Source: Macrostomum lignano (taxonomy: Eukaryota). Taken from it: a stretch of DNA of 64,000 nt. Both the position numbers and the translations under genes were made by a program. The notes below the pieces were generated by a model. The model searched no databases. It was not told the DNA's origin and saw only the letters and a program-made list of their open reading frames with translations. The DNA is taken from contig NIVC01000065.1 of assembly GCA_002269645.1 (NCBI GenBank), positions 186,001-250,000 on the forward strand. The letters run 5' to 3'. Positions 25,219-36,881 of this stretch are shown one piece after another. Each line of letters opens with the position of its first letter. Within the stretch, counting starts at the first letter, position 1.

Positions 25219-25935
25219 AACTAACAAAATTAGGTTAAAAATCCGTAAATTTGCATCACAGCTTCTTTGAGTTTTTGTCGCAATATTTTAGTTTTTTAAA
25301 TAAAAGTAAATGAATACTCGACAGGAAATTATCTCAAAGGAAAGGGACTTGACCGGGAGTTCTGAAAGGCAGCTATAAATACTTCAGGAACTGGGATCTC
25401 TGAAGGAAAGGGAACTGATACTCGACTGAGGCAATTCCTGCATTCCAACAGCTTTATGTGCGAGTCCTTGAATTACGTGCATTTAAAGGATATTGGATCA
25501 ATAGATTGTTAAATGTATTTAGAATCGTATATCTTTGATCAGTGCGCGCTTAAATGGTTGATCAATGGTCTCTCTTACGGGCGTGGCCGGGCGATCATGC
25601 AGTTTAGTTTTGTTCCATAGAAATAGATTAAAGTGCTTTTTTCTGTGCTAAAAACAAACCCACGAATGTAGGATTCATACATCGATTTAGCGTGCTTAAA
25701 TGGTCTATGCACGACTGCGCTGCGCGCACTCGTGCATAGACCATTTAAGCACAAAAAATCGATGTATGAGTTGCATTGTATTACGTTGGCTTAATACTTT
25801 AGATGGCGCGTTAGATGCACGCTCAGTTAATTTGTCTTAACCATAGACAAAAATGCGTGAAAGGCACGCAAGTTGATTGAGTGTTGCGAAGAAGGGAATA
25901 AGAAGCTGTTAAATTAAAATCACTTGTGAGAGAAT

Positions 25936-26664
25936 ATGGCTGAGCCACCAACTAAAGTCAGACTTCTGAATCTGAGCAAATTTCCAAACGAAATGATTTC
26001 CGGCTTGTCCACCAATGAGATTGACGACATTCTGAACGAGCCTGATAATCTACCGGAGTCGGCAATTGATCGAGAAGAGGAGGATCTTCTGGAGGTACTT
26101 TTCAAGAAGATACCTGACGAAGAAGCTGAACTACTTGAATTGGAACAGCTCGTTTCCGAAATCGAGGACACCGCTGCTAGTAAAAGTGTGACAAAGGCTA
26201 CCGAATATTATGTCGGTAAGTTGCAGAGCTTCATGGAGAACCATCCGTCAGTTCAGCGTGATTTGGCGACTTCTACACCGCGCGAGATCGACAGTCTATT
26301 GCGATACTTCTATGGCTCACTTCGCAAGAGGAATGGCGAATACTTTGCTCCAGCCACGTTGATTTGTATCCGAGCTGCGCTCTACCGGCATTTCATGTCG
26401 ACAAGGCGAATCAATATTCTAACTGACGACGCATTCTATGCTTCCAATACGACACTGAAGTCAATGGGCAGAATCTTCATTGCCCGAGGCGGACGCGCCC
26501 GACACTTCCAATCGATCGAGCCTGTTGATCTGAAGAGGCTGTCTGACTACTTCGATCGGAAATCTCCAGAGGTGCTACTCACTTTCCGTGCATTACACGC
26601 ACGCGTTAGACGCACGCTTGTTGCCTTTACTCAGATAGAAAATTGCCATAGACACCTACATTAG
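25936..26664 (+). pseudogene. Truncated Crypton/DUF3504-type (ZMYM/QRICH1/KCTD1-related) tyrosine-recombinase-like ORF, copy 1
   Basis: 242-aa ORF. TKATEYYVGKL...IDSLLRYFYGSLRKRNGEYFAPATLICIRAALYRHF...INILTDDAFYASNTTL...HFQSIEPVDLKRL...FDRKSPEVL follows the N-terminal pattern of this family as I recall it. The sequence diverges after SPEVL, before any catalytic region. Confidence 0.6.
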
Positions 26665-26933
26665 ACGCACAGTAAATCGTGCATCTAACGCGCGCCAGCG
26701 TGATACAATGAAAAGATTGCTTCAAAGAAGAGATGCATTTTTTCGTTTTGGAATAATTATCATTTTCGTCACCATTTCATACTGCACGTACTATAAATCA
26801 ATATTATATTACATTTACTCATGTACACTGTATATGTTGTACATGCACACAAATATGAACATGTAGGAACATGTACATTCACAAATACAGTGAACAAGGT
26901 ATGCACCTGCTGTACATGTGCATGTGGTACACT

Positions 26934-27295
26934 CTGGGGCGTCGCCATCGATTTTATGGTGGGGGGACGAAAGGACAAAGAATTCTACATGCATGCATGT
27001 ACATGCATGTACAACGTGACATTGACTATTTCCTACATGTATTTTCAGAATCGGTACGGTGTTGTCAGCGCTCAAATTTTAGCACCACAGGCACTCGATC
27101 ATTTTTGCGCCGCATCCAGGCACTCATTTTTGCGCAGCAGCAGGCACTTAATTATGCATTTTAATGTAGTTCCGCAGGCGCTTATACAGTACATGTATAT
27201 AATATACTGTATATATGTATATTTTGTCGCCCTGAAGCAAAATTCTTGATTTCCATAACGGGTCGGTAGCATTGGCACGACCCCCACAGATTTTC
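26934..27295 (+). mobile_element. Partial copy of the MITE family seen at 57040-57875 (second copy at about 28391-28752)
   Basis: Shares GGGGCGTCGCCAT.GATTTTATGG.GGGGGGAC, ATTTTCAGAATCGGT, CAGGCACTCATTTT and TTTGTCGCCCTG.AGCAAAATT.TTGATTTCCATAACGGGTC; right TIR absent. Confidence 0.75.
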
Positions 27296-27392
27296 TGAAG
27301 TGACGTACATATTGTCCGCCCCTGCCGCCCTAGCTAGCTAACTGTCTTCCCGGAATAAGAAGCTGTTAAATTAAAATCACTTGTGAGAGAAT

Positions 27393-28121
27393 ATGGCTGA
27401 GCCACCAACTAAAGTCAGACTTCTGAATCTGAGCAAATTTCCAAACGAAATGATTTCCGGCTTGTCCACCAATGAGATTGACGACATTCTGAACGAGCCT
27501 GATAATCTACCGGAGTCGGCAATTGATCGAGAAGAGGAGGATCTTCTGGAGGCACTTTTCAAGAAGATACCTGACGAAGAAGCTGAACTACTTGAATTGG
27601 AACAGCTCGTTTCCGAAATCGAGGACACCGCTGCTAGTAAAAGTGTGACAAAGGCTACCGAATATTATGTCGGTAAGTTGCAGAGCTTCATGGAGAACCA
27701 TCCGTCAGTTCAGCGTGATTTGGCGACTTCTACACCGCGCGAGATCGACAGTCTATTGCGATACTTCTATGGCTCACTTCGCAAGAGGAATGGCGAATAC
27801 TTTGCTCCAGCCACGTTGATTTGTATCCGAGCTGCGCTCTACCGGCATTTCATGTCGACAAGGCGAATCAATATTCTAACTGACGACGCATTCTATGCTT
27901 CCAATACGACACTGAAGTCAATGGGCAGAATCTTCATTGCCCGAGGCGGACGCGCCCGACACTTCCAATCGATCGAGCCTGTTGATCTGAAGAGGCTGTC
28001 TGACTACTTCGATCGGAAATCTCCAGAGGTGCTACTCACTTTCCGTGCATTACACGCACGCGTTAGACGCACGCTTGTTGCCTTTACTCAGATAGAAAAT
28101 TGCCATAGACACCTACATTAG
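27393..28121 (+). pseudogene. Truncated Crypton/DUF3504-type ORF, copy 2
   Basis: Duplicate of 25936..26664 with one amino-acid difference. Confidence 0.6.
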
Positions 28122-29350
28122 ACGCACAGTAAATCGTGCATCTAACGCGCGCCAGCGTGATACAATGAAAAGATTGCTTCAAAGAAGAGATGCATTTTTT
28201 CGTTTTGGAATAATTATCATTTTCGTCACCATTTCATACTGCACGTACTATAAATCAATATTATATTACATTTACTCATGTACACTGTATATGTTGTACA
28301 TGCACACAAATATGAACATGTAGGAACATGTACATTCACAAATACAGTGAACAAGGTATGCACCTGCTGTACATGTGCATGTGGTACACTCTGGGGCGTC
28401 GCCATCGATTTTATGGTGGGGGGACGAAAGGACAAAGAATTCTACATGCATGCATGTACATGCATGTACAACGTGACATTGACTATTTCCTACATGTATT
28501 TTCAGAATCGGTACGGTGTTGTCAGCGCTCAAATTTTAGCACCACAGGCACTCGATCATTTTTGCGCCGCATCCAGGCACTCATTTTTGCGCAGCAGCAG
28601 GCACTTAATTATGCATTTTAATGTAGTTCCGCAGGCGCTTATACAGTACATGTATATAATATACTGTATATATGTATATTTTGTCGCCCTGAAGCAAAAT
28701 TCTTGATTTCCATAACGGGTCGGTAGCATTGGCACGACCCCCACAGATTTTCTGAAGTGACGTACATATTGTCCGCCCCTGCCGCCCTAGCTAGCTAACT
28801 GTCTTCCCGGTGGCGACATGTACATGTTAAACTTAATATGGTTGTTAAGCTTGAATGGCGCCGCGGAGAAAAGAGAGAAGATAATTGGAAGAAGCGGGGA
28901 GATCGAGCTATCAGGGGAAAGAAAGAAGAGATCAATGAGATAGGGCCGGGAGGAGAATGCATGTACTGTACATGTACATTTACATGTAGTATACTTACAT
29001 GTATATGCATATAGATAGGGCAGTTAGTATAGGGAAGAGAATTACCGAGTAAGTGTGGAGAGGACAGACCCGGAGCAGTTAATAAGATGGAAAAAAATTC
29101 TTTAGAAATTAAAACGGCTTTAGAAAAACGAAGAATTCAGTCAATTTGTTTCCATTCACAAATTAATTGCAGTCATTTATGCTGGTGTGCACTCAAACAT
29201 AAGTACACATGTACTACATCGCCATAGACAAACCTTGAATTTTCTCGGCTTATTTACGCAGTTTTAGCTTGGCGGCCTACGCTAAAATCTGCCTATCATA
29301 TTGCAACGCTCGTTAATTTTTTATCGTCAACTTTCAAAATCGTCAAAACA

Positions 29351-30013
29351 ATGTCCGACTTAAGACAGTCAGTCAGACAGGGAATCGTGAAGCATCTCTA
29401 CAAAAGCGAATTCCAGCACGTTCGCGACAGCGCCACAGCTGGCTTCGGCAGAGCTGGCAGCATAAAGTCGGACACCACCAGCCAGGAATCGTTTATAACG
29501 CGGCATTCAACTCAACAACGCCAGCCGTCGGTGTCCGGTAGAGCCTCCGCAGCAACGACAACTGTTAATGATAGCAGGCCTCGCCCAGACGCCAGCGTGC
29601 CTAACTTGACCGTCACCCACTGCAGCATCTGCGACGGTTTGTCAATCAGCTTGACCTTCGTCACCTGCCTTCTATACGCAACCGGCTTCTATCTGTGGCT
29701 GTTCCACGGCCTGTTCCCGGCAGAGAATGCCGGCCTGCAATCAGCTGCTGACATCGGGATCTACAGTCTGTGCAGCGCTAGCGGACTTCTACTGGTGCAC
29801 ATCCTGCTGTGTTTCGGCCGGGTGGCGCTAAACTCCTCGCCGTCCCAACGCGAACTGGAACTGTTTACGGCCTTCTCCAGGCAGTGCAAAATGCTCACCG
29901 CAGAGGTGCACGAAGTCGAGAGTGCGGCGACGGCGGCTGCTTCCGCGACAACTGATTTTAACGACGATTCCGATCAGTTGGAGCCCTCCGCCTTGTTGAT
30001 GTCGCGGAGGTAG
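29351..30013 (+). CDS. Uncharacterised single-exon protein, 220 aa, two predicted TM segments
   Basis: ATG in AAAACAATG context; non-repetitive GC-rich ORF; hydrophobic stretches LSISLTFVTCLLYATGFYLWLF and IGIYSLCSASGLLLVHILLCF; no family recognised. Confidence 0.6.
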   Translation: MSDLRQSVRQGIVKHLYKSEFQHVRDSATAGFGRAGSIKSDTTSQESFITRHSTQQRQPSVSGRASAATTTVNDSRPRPDASVPNLTVTHCSICDGLSISLTFVTCLLYATGFYLWLFHGLFPAENAGLQSAADIGIYSLCSASGLLLVHILLCFGRVALNSSPSQRELELFTAFSRQCKMLTAEVHEVESAATAAASATTDFNDDSDQLEPSALLMSRR

Positions 30014-30219
30014 TTTTGAATGCAGCTTGCGACTCGCTTAACGATTTCAAATTGTTTAGAAATAAGAGCATATGCATGCATACTTATTGTCTGTTTGTGG
30101 AAAACAATACTGTGATTACAGTTAATAAACGGCAGTTCATGCGAGCCCATCGGTGAAATATTATTAGATACGTTAGTGAATTATGCAAGCATAGTTGCAT
30201 GGTCGCACTTTCCTGATCG

Positions 30220-30870
30220 CCTCTCTTTCCCCTATTTTGCTGAGTTTTAGACTTGGTCTCCTGTCTTTCCTCTGCCTCTCTCTCCCCTCTCTCCTTCTTC
30301 CCCTCCCCTATCCTTCCTCTCTTCTCTGTTCTTCTTCCTCTCCTCTCTCTTCTCTCCTTATTTAACTCCCCTCTCTCCTTCTTCCCCTCTGCTCTCTCCT
30401 TCCCCTTATCCCTCTACGTCGTCCTTCCTCTCCCCAATTCTCTCCTTCTTCGCCTCCCTTCTCCCCTTCTTCCCCTCTCCTCTTCCCTTCTTCCCCTTAT
30501 CTTTCCTTCTTCCCCTTATCTCTCTTTCTTCCCCTTATCTCTCTTTCTTCCCCTTAGCTCTCTCCTTCTTCCCCTTATCTCTCTTTCTTCCCCTTATCTC
30601 TCTTTCTTCCCCTTATCTCTCTTTCTTCCCCTTATCTTTCCTTCTTCCCCTTATCTTTCCTTCTTCCCCTTATCTCTATTTCTTCCCTTATCTCTCTCCT
30701 TCTTCCCCTTATCTCTCTTTCTTCCCTTATCTCTCTCCTTCTTCCCCTTATCTCTCTTTCTTCCCCTTATCTTTCCTTCTTCCCCTTATCTTTCCTTCTT
30801 CCCCTTATCTCTCTTTCTTCCCTTATCTCTCTCCTTCTTCCCCTTCCTTCTCTCCTTCTTCCTCTCCTCT
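30220..30870. repeat. Polypyrimidine tract / ~21-bp CT-rich minisatellite (TTCCCCTTATCTCTCTTTCT...)
   Basis: Recurrent CCCCTTATCT core. Confidence 0.9.
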
Positions 30871-31699
30871 ACCTGCCCAATACTCAATTCGTTCTCTTTC
30901 TTATGTTAAGCATTATCATTCCTACTGCATGCGTATTAGCAATAAGACGACATCTGTTCGAGTTAAATGTCGAACATAATTTAGAAAAAAAGAATCAGCA
31001 CAGCTTTTTTGAAGAACCCTAATTTTTAGCACAACGGACTTAGCTCAATTGAAACTGGCACATTGCGGACGTGAATACATTTCTCGCAATATAATTGAAA
31101 CTCAAATCCTTGAAGTCGAAAATGAAATGACAGCCTGTTTAACTCGTTGGAATGTGTATATGGCTTCGCTTGCAGAAAGTTTTGGTTTAGTACCTAGTTA
31201 GATGACTTGCTATTCATGCCTGCACACACAACGCGAGTCCTTTAACCTCAAGCTGTACTCGCTTTTTGGCCCAACATTCTATTATTAGACAGTGTTTCAT
31301 TTTATACGTCTGTGACACGTGGGTTGTACGTGCAGCGGCAGCGTGGGTGCAAAAAAAGAGAACTTTGAGCTTTAAGTGCGACAGCTACATAGAATCTTCT
31401 AGAAAGTTCGAGGAATTTTTGACCTATTTTTACGTAAATAAATTGTCGAAAAAAACCTATTGCTGCGTATTGACCTACTGATAGTAGAAAGCATGGATTA
31501 TTTAAATACTATAGCATTAAACAATCGCAGAGATTGGAAGGCTGAGAAAACTGAACTTTTATGAATTATCAACACATGAAGCTCAAGAATCATATTAGGC
31601 TTGTAATTTCTAGTTAGTTTTTGACGCTTTTCTATATTATATTGCTGCGAAGTTTGTATCGGACAAATGGAAAGGTGTTATGTACATGTAGGATAGGTA

Positions 31700-32250
31700 A
31701 TAGTGCAGGGAGGTTCGAGGCAGTGCTGGGAGCTGGGGGTAGTGCAGGGAGCATATGGGTAGTGCAGGGAGCATATGGGTAGTGCAGGGAGCATATGGGT
31801 AGTGCAGGGAGCATATGGGTAGTGCAGGGAGCATATGGGTAGTGCAGGGAGCATATGGGTAGTGCAGGGAGCATATGGGTAGTGCAGGGAGCATATGGGT
31901 AGTGCAGGGAGCATATGGGTAGTTCAGGGAGCATGGGGGTAGTGCAGGGAGCATATGGGTAGTGCAGGGAGCATGGGGGTAGTGCAGGGAGCATATGGGT
32001 AGTGCAGGGAGCATATGGGTAGTGCAGGGAGCATATGGGTAGTGCAGGGAGCATATGGGTAGTTCAGGGAGCATGGGGGTAGTTCAGGGAGCATATGGGT
32101 AGTGCAGGGAGCATATGGGTAGTGCAGGGAGCATATGGGTAGTGCAGGGAGCATATGGGTAGTGCAGGGAGCATATGGGTAGTTCAGGGAGCATATGGGT
32201 AGTGCAGGGAGCATATGGGTAGTGCAGGAAGCGTGGGTACAGTGCAGGGA
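31700..32250. repeat. 20-bp minisatellite (AGTGCAGGGAGCATATGGGT)
   Basis: About 25 near-identical units with a GGG tract every ~10 nt. Confidence 0.95.
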
Positions 32251-32440
32251 GAATGCAGGGGCAGTGCAGTTTATCTGGCGGTAATTCAGAGTTGGGAACA
32301 AAATGGTTTTGGGTAGAGCGAAAGGACAGTTCTGAATCAGATGTAGAACAGTGAGACTGGGATAGTGTATAAGAAGTGACATTAACAAGGACACGCTAAA
32401 GCATGCAGTATTCAATTTGCAATAAACTCCTAATTTTCAA

Positions 32441-32751
32441 ATTAATGAATTTTTGGAGCAGTTGACCCTTAACCAGCAGCATCTGTCGCCTCCCAATCCT
32501 CCCCGTGGTGCATAATTAAAGTCCACGCGCTGACCTCTCCATCGGGCGTTCCAGTGTATACAAACAGGATGGAAGAACATCAAGGTCGCGTGGCAGGATT
32601 TCCGAAAAAAAGTTTTTTCATTAATTTTAAATATGCGCGTGGCGTGGCCCCCTATTGCAATCCCATTCAAGCCAGCTTGCCAGCTTCTCCTATTGGACGC
32701 AGCTTCATCTTCCCAGCATCATCTCATCGTCTGGTGAAGCCTGATTGGCCG
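32441..32751 (+). promoter_or_regulatory. Putative POU4 upstream regulatory region: POU-IV-type sites, E-box and inverted CCAAT boxes
   Basis: ATTAATGAAT at 32441, GCATAATTAA at 32510, TTCATTAAT at 32617, CATCTG at 32480; ATTGG near 32693 and 32744. Confidence 0.4.
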
Positions 32752-33220
32752 GCGCGAGTCTGAGGGAAGCGCGATTTCCCATCGGCGACTCTGCCCGAAT
32801 CCCCGACTTTGCTCCCCACGCGGGCTCCTCACCTCCGCAATTTAAAGTGTTGAAAGTTTGAATAATTGAGGCCCAGTTAAATTATTCACCCCCCAGAACC
32901 TCGCTCCAGCTCTCTCTCTCTGTGTGTGTGCCTCAGACACGAAACTCTCACCCTGACACACACACACACCCCACACAGCTTCTCATTCCGAACCTGGTCG
33001 ATTCTCACTCGGAAAGGTGACTCCTTGGCAAATTCAATTCTTTGTCTTACTGCATTATTCAAGGCCGCCGCTGCACTTGCCGCGAAATCCACTTCTCGGC
33101 ACAGCAACCCCCGTCATCCCGCGACTAAACCAGCAGACACCGCATGGTAATTAACCTGGCCAATTAGTTTTAGGAAAACATAGACACATAAAAACTACCC
33201 CACCTCTCTACGGATTCAAG

Positions 33221-35590
33221 ATGGCCGCGGCGTCAACAACGGCTGCCGTGTCCGCTAGCAGTCCGCACCATGACCAGCAGCTGGGCATGTCTGACAGCCT
33301 GTATCCTGCGGGCGGCTCCGCCAGTCACTACAGAGCCTCGCCCTGGGACATGGCCGTCAGAAGATGCGGCAGTGGCGTAAGTTTGGCATCGGTTAGTTCC
33401 TTTGCTTGTCTCATTATGCACGGGCTTAGCTAGGTATTTATTGAAGGGCGGCGGCACCAGTGGCTTTAGCAGCAGTGGCTTTAGCACCAGGGGCTTTAGC
33501 ACCAGTGGCTTTAGCACCAGTGGCTTTAGCACCAGGGGCTTTAGCACCAATGGCTTTAGCACCAGTGGCTTTAGCACCAGGGGCTTTAGCACCAATGGCT
33601 TTAGCACCAGTGGCTTTAGCACCAGGGGCTTTAGCACCAGGGGCTTTAGCAGCAGGGCCTTTAGCACCAGGGGCTTTAGCACCAGTGGCTTTAGCACCAG
33701 GGCCTTTAGCACCAGTGGCTTTAGCACCAGGGCCTTTAGCACCAGTGGCTTTAGCACCAGTGGCTTTAGCACCAGGGCCTTTAGCACCAGTGCCTTTAGC
33801 ACCAGTGGCTTTAGCACCAGGGCCTTTAGCACCAGTGGCTTTAGCACCAGGGCCTTTAGCACCAATGGCTTTAGCACCAATGGCTTTAGCACCAGGGGCT
33901 TTAGCACCAGGGGCTTTAGCACCAGGGGCTTTAGCAGCAGGGCCTTTAGCACCAGGGGCTTTAGCACCAGTGGCTTTAGCACCAGGGCCTTTAGCACCAG
34001 TGGCTTTAGCACCAGGGCCTTTAGCACCAGTGGCTTTAGCACCAATGGCTTTAGCACCAGGGGCTTTAGCACCAGTGGCTTTAGCACCAGGGGCTTTAGC
34101 ACCAGGGGCTTTAGCACCAGGGGCTTTAGCACCAGGGGCTTTAGCACCAGGGCCTTTAGCACCAGGGCCTTTAGCACCAGGGGCTTTAGCACCAGGGGCT
34201 TTAGCGCCAGGGCCTTTAGCACCAGGGCCTTTAGCACCAGGGGCTTTAGCACCAGGGGCTTCACCAGCGGCGCTTTGGAATAAGTAACGAAACAAGAGTA
34301 ATCACAAGAAAGTTTTACTCCCCACCCTATACTCGTACATCTATTCACAGTTTCCAGCACTTGCTCATTATAACGAAAACGTATCAATATAGGAAGTGAC
34401 AGTCTTTCTAGCTCACTATTTTCATTATTTCAACAGATAATATTCACTGTGTAAGGCTTGCAAGAGAGTTTGAAAGAGTCCATCGCTCACTGAAAAGTCG
34501 AATGCATAAAGAAACTCAACAATTTTAGACCACAGCTGCTCCGTTCTCGCTGGACGAGCACCAGCTGCTGGCTCGGGCTGCCACCACTCTGGTGGACGGC
34601 GGCGGCAGCAGTGGGGTCGGCGCCGAGATGAAGCCGTCCGGCGGTCCGCACGGCATGCCGATGCCAGCCTTCCTGCGTCAGCACCAGGAGAATTTGTACA
34701 CGCAGATGCAGCCGCCGCCGCATCCGCTCTACATGCAGCAGGACCAGCTGCATCAGCAGCAGCATCATCATCAGCAGCATCAGCATCAGCATCAGCAGCA
34801 GCAGCTTCAACACCAACAGGAGCTCAGCCACCATCATCATCACATGCAGGCGATGGTTGGCTACGGAGGCTACCACAACCTGGCTTATCCGACTAACCCT
34901 CACATGGTCGCCGCTGCAGGTCACCAGCAGTTGCAGCAACAGCAGCTGCATCACCAGGTGCATGAACAACAGCAGCAGCAGTTACAGCAGCAACAGCAGC
35001 ACCTGCAGCAGCAGCACCAGCACCAGCAGCAGTGCATGAGCCCTACATCGCACTATGCAAGTGTCGCTGCCGCCACCGCCGTAGAACTGATGGACTACGA
35101 TCCCAGGGAGCTCGAAGCCTTCGCTGAACGCTTCAAACAGCGTCGAATTAAACTTGGCGTAACTCAAGCCGACGTTGGCAAAGCTTTAGGCAATCTGAAG
35201 CTTCCGGGCGTTGGCTCTCTGTCGCAGTCAACCATCTGCAGATTTGAGTCGCTGACGCTCAGTCACAACAACATGATCGCGCTCAAGCCGGTGCTCCAGG
35301 CCTGGCTAGAAGAGGCCGAGCACGTTGCCATGGAGCGGCAGAAGAACCCGGACGTCTACGGCGACGGGCTGGACAAGAAGCGCAAGCGGACGTCCATAAC
35401 GGACGCGGAGAAGCGTTCGCTAGAGGCCTACTTCCACGTGCAGCCCCGACCGTCCTCGGAGAAGATCGCCCAGATTGCCGAGAAGCTCAACCTGAAGAAG
35501 AATGTCGTCCGAGTCTGGTTCTGCAACCAGCGCCAGAAGCAGAAGCGAATGAAATTCGCCACCCCGGGCATGCACCCGAGCCCGCACTGA
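33221..35590 (+). CDS. pou4: POU class IV homeodomain transcription factor (Brn3/acj6/unc-86 family), 405 aa, 2 exons
   Basis: join(33221..33376,34529..35590), phase-0 GT-AG intron. POU-IV-box-like AVRRC...LDEHQLLARAA spans the intron. POU-specific domain DPRELEAFAERFKQRRIKLGVTQADVG...FESLTLSHNNMIALKP; homeodomain KKRKRTSI...VVRVWFCNQRQKQKRMKF; long Q/H tract. Confidence 0.95.
33465..34265. repeat. 15-bp minisatellite (TTAGCACCAGGGGCT) in the POU4 intron
   Basis: More than 50 units; generates the long GAK/PLVLK/FSTRG ORFs. Confidence 0.97.
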
Positions 35591-36881
35591 CCTTTATTTC
35601 ACAGCAACCATGCAGGTACATGTACAATTGCAACCCTCATCCAGCCATTGAGAGATGTTGACACACATAGATTGACTAATTATCATAATTCTTACGGAGA
35701 TCTTTTTGGTAAATTTTGACTCCTCAAAAACACCTAGGGCATACAAGAAACCCTTATGGAAAAAACAATGGAACACCTGAATTCCCCTGTGAACCCCCCT
35801 CCCACCGAGACCCCTGTAACAACCCCAGTTATAACCTTTCTCTGTTGGTACACAAGCAGGAGAGATAAAAATGTGTCCTTTGTTTTTTCTACTTGTACTA
35901 CAACTACAGTTGGTAACTAATTTATAATTTATTTCAATCTCCTTTACTGTACATATAGGCGTACACAAGAGCGCAAGTGGATCCAAAGGACTCAAGATAT
36001 TGAATTTCTGTGATGTTTTCAAGCCCATCTATACTGAATAAAGTACCATGGGCGACCAACCTTAGTGTCAGGTAGAAACTTTAAACTTATGTATGTAATG
36101 CATTGTCATGGACAGCTGAAGTAGAAGTACGCTCACTCGACTTTCTTTGAAATGAGCTGGAGGCAGATAAAAAACGTGTATTTGTCATATCGCTTGCTAG
36201 AGGAACAGATTCTCTAGAAGCAATACTTTCTAAGAAAGAACAGCCCCTCTAGAAGCAATTCTATAAGTATTTAGCATGCCCATAGAGAAAGCACAGCTCT
36301 GAATGGGGCTTTCGCCATAGAAAAATACGGTGGAGAAATCTCATTTTCTCTACGACCTCCAGCTCATTTTTTAGAAAATATAGTGTATAGTTTTTACTTT
36401 TTGGTTGTCCATGAGCTCTGGTTGTTTATCATGTGTGTTAGTTTATGTATTTGAAAGTCTGCACGCTAGATATGCACAATTTATATACCGCGTGTTCACA
36501 AACAAAATCGATTTTCTATGTACAAGTAAGAATGGTTTTAGAGCATGGACATGTACTATTAAGACAGATTTATTGAGGACTTTATTGTCCCAGCTTGTTC
36601 TCTACTAATAAAAATATGCTTCGCTTCCTAGAACTTTGTCCATTCTTGGTGTTGAAAGTGTACGATTGTCGTTCTCATTTTAGTAAACACGGTAGCAACC
36701 GCTAGCTTGCGTCTGCAACAGCTGCTGCTTGTGTTTGTTATTCTGTTTGCGCTTCAATTTGCTTAAAGACGGTGTTTACAAGCATTCAAACTAAAATATA
36801 CTGTTCATAAGGTATGAATATTTGTCGAATTGTTTAATGAAAATTTGCAACTAAGCTGTGAACTCAAGAGTTGCTTCAAGA

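Larger units (their letters stand above)
25895..28810. repeat. Direct tandem duplication, 2 x 1457 bp
   Basis: Unit 1 starts at 25895 and unit 2 at 27352; GG microhomology at the junction; only one substitution noticed (GAGGTA/GAGGCA, V to A). Confidence 0.95.

Noticed and set aside
33233-34387. Long collagen-like (GAKAPGAKGP) and other ORFs in four frames
   Set aside because: They are products of a stop-free 15-bp minisatellite lying inside the POU4 intron; there are no non-repetitive coding flanks.
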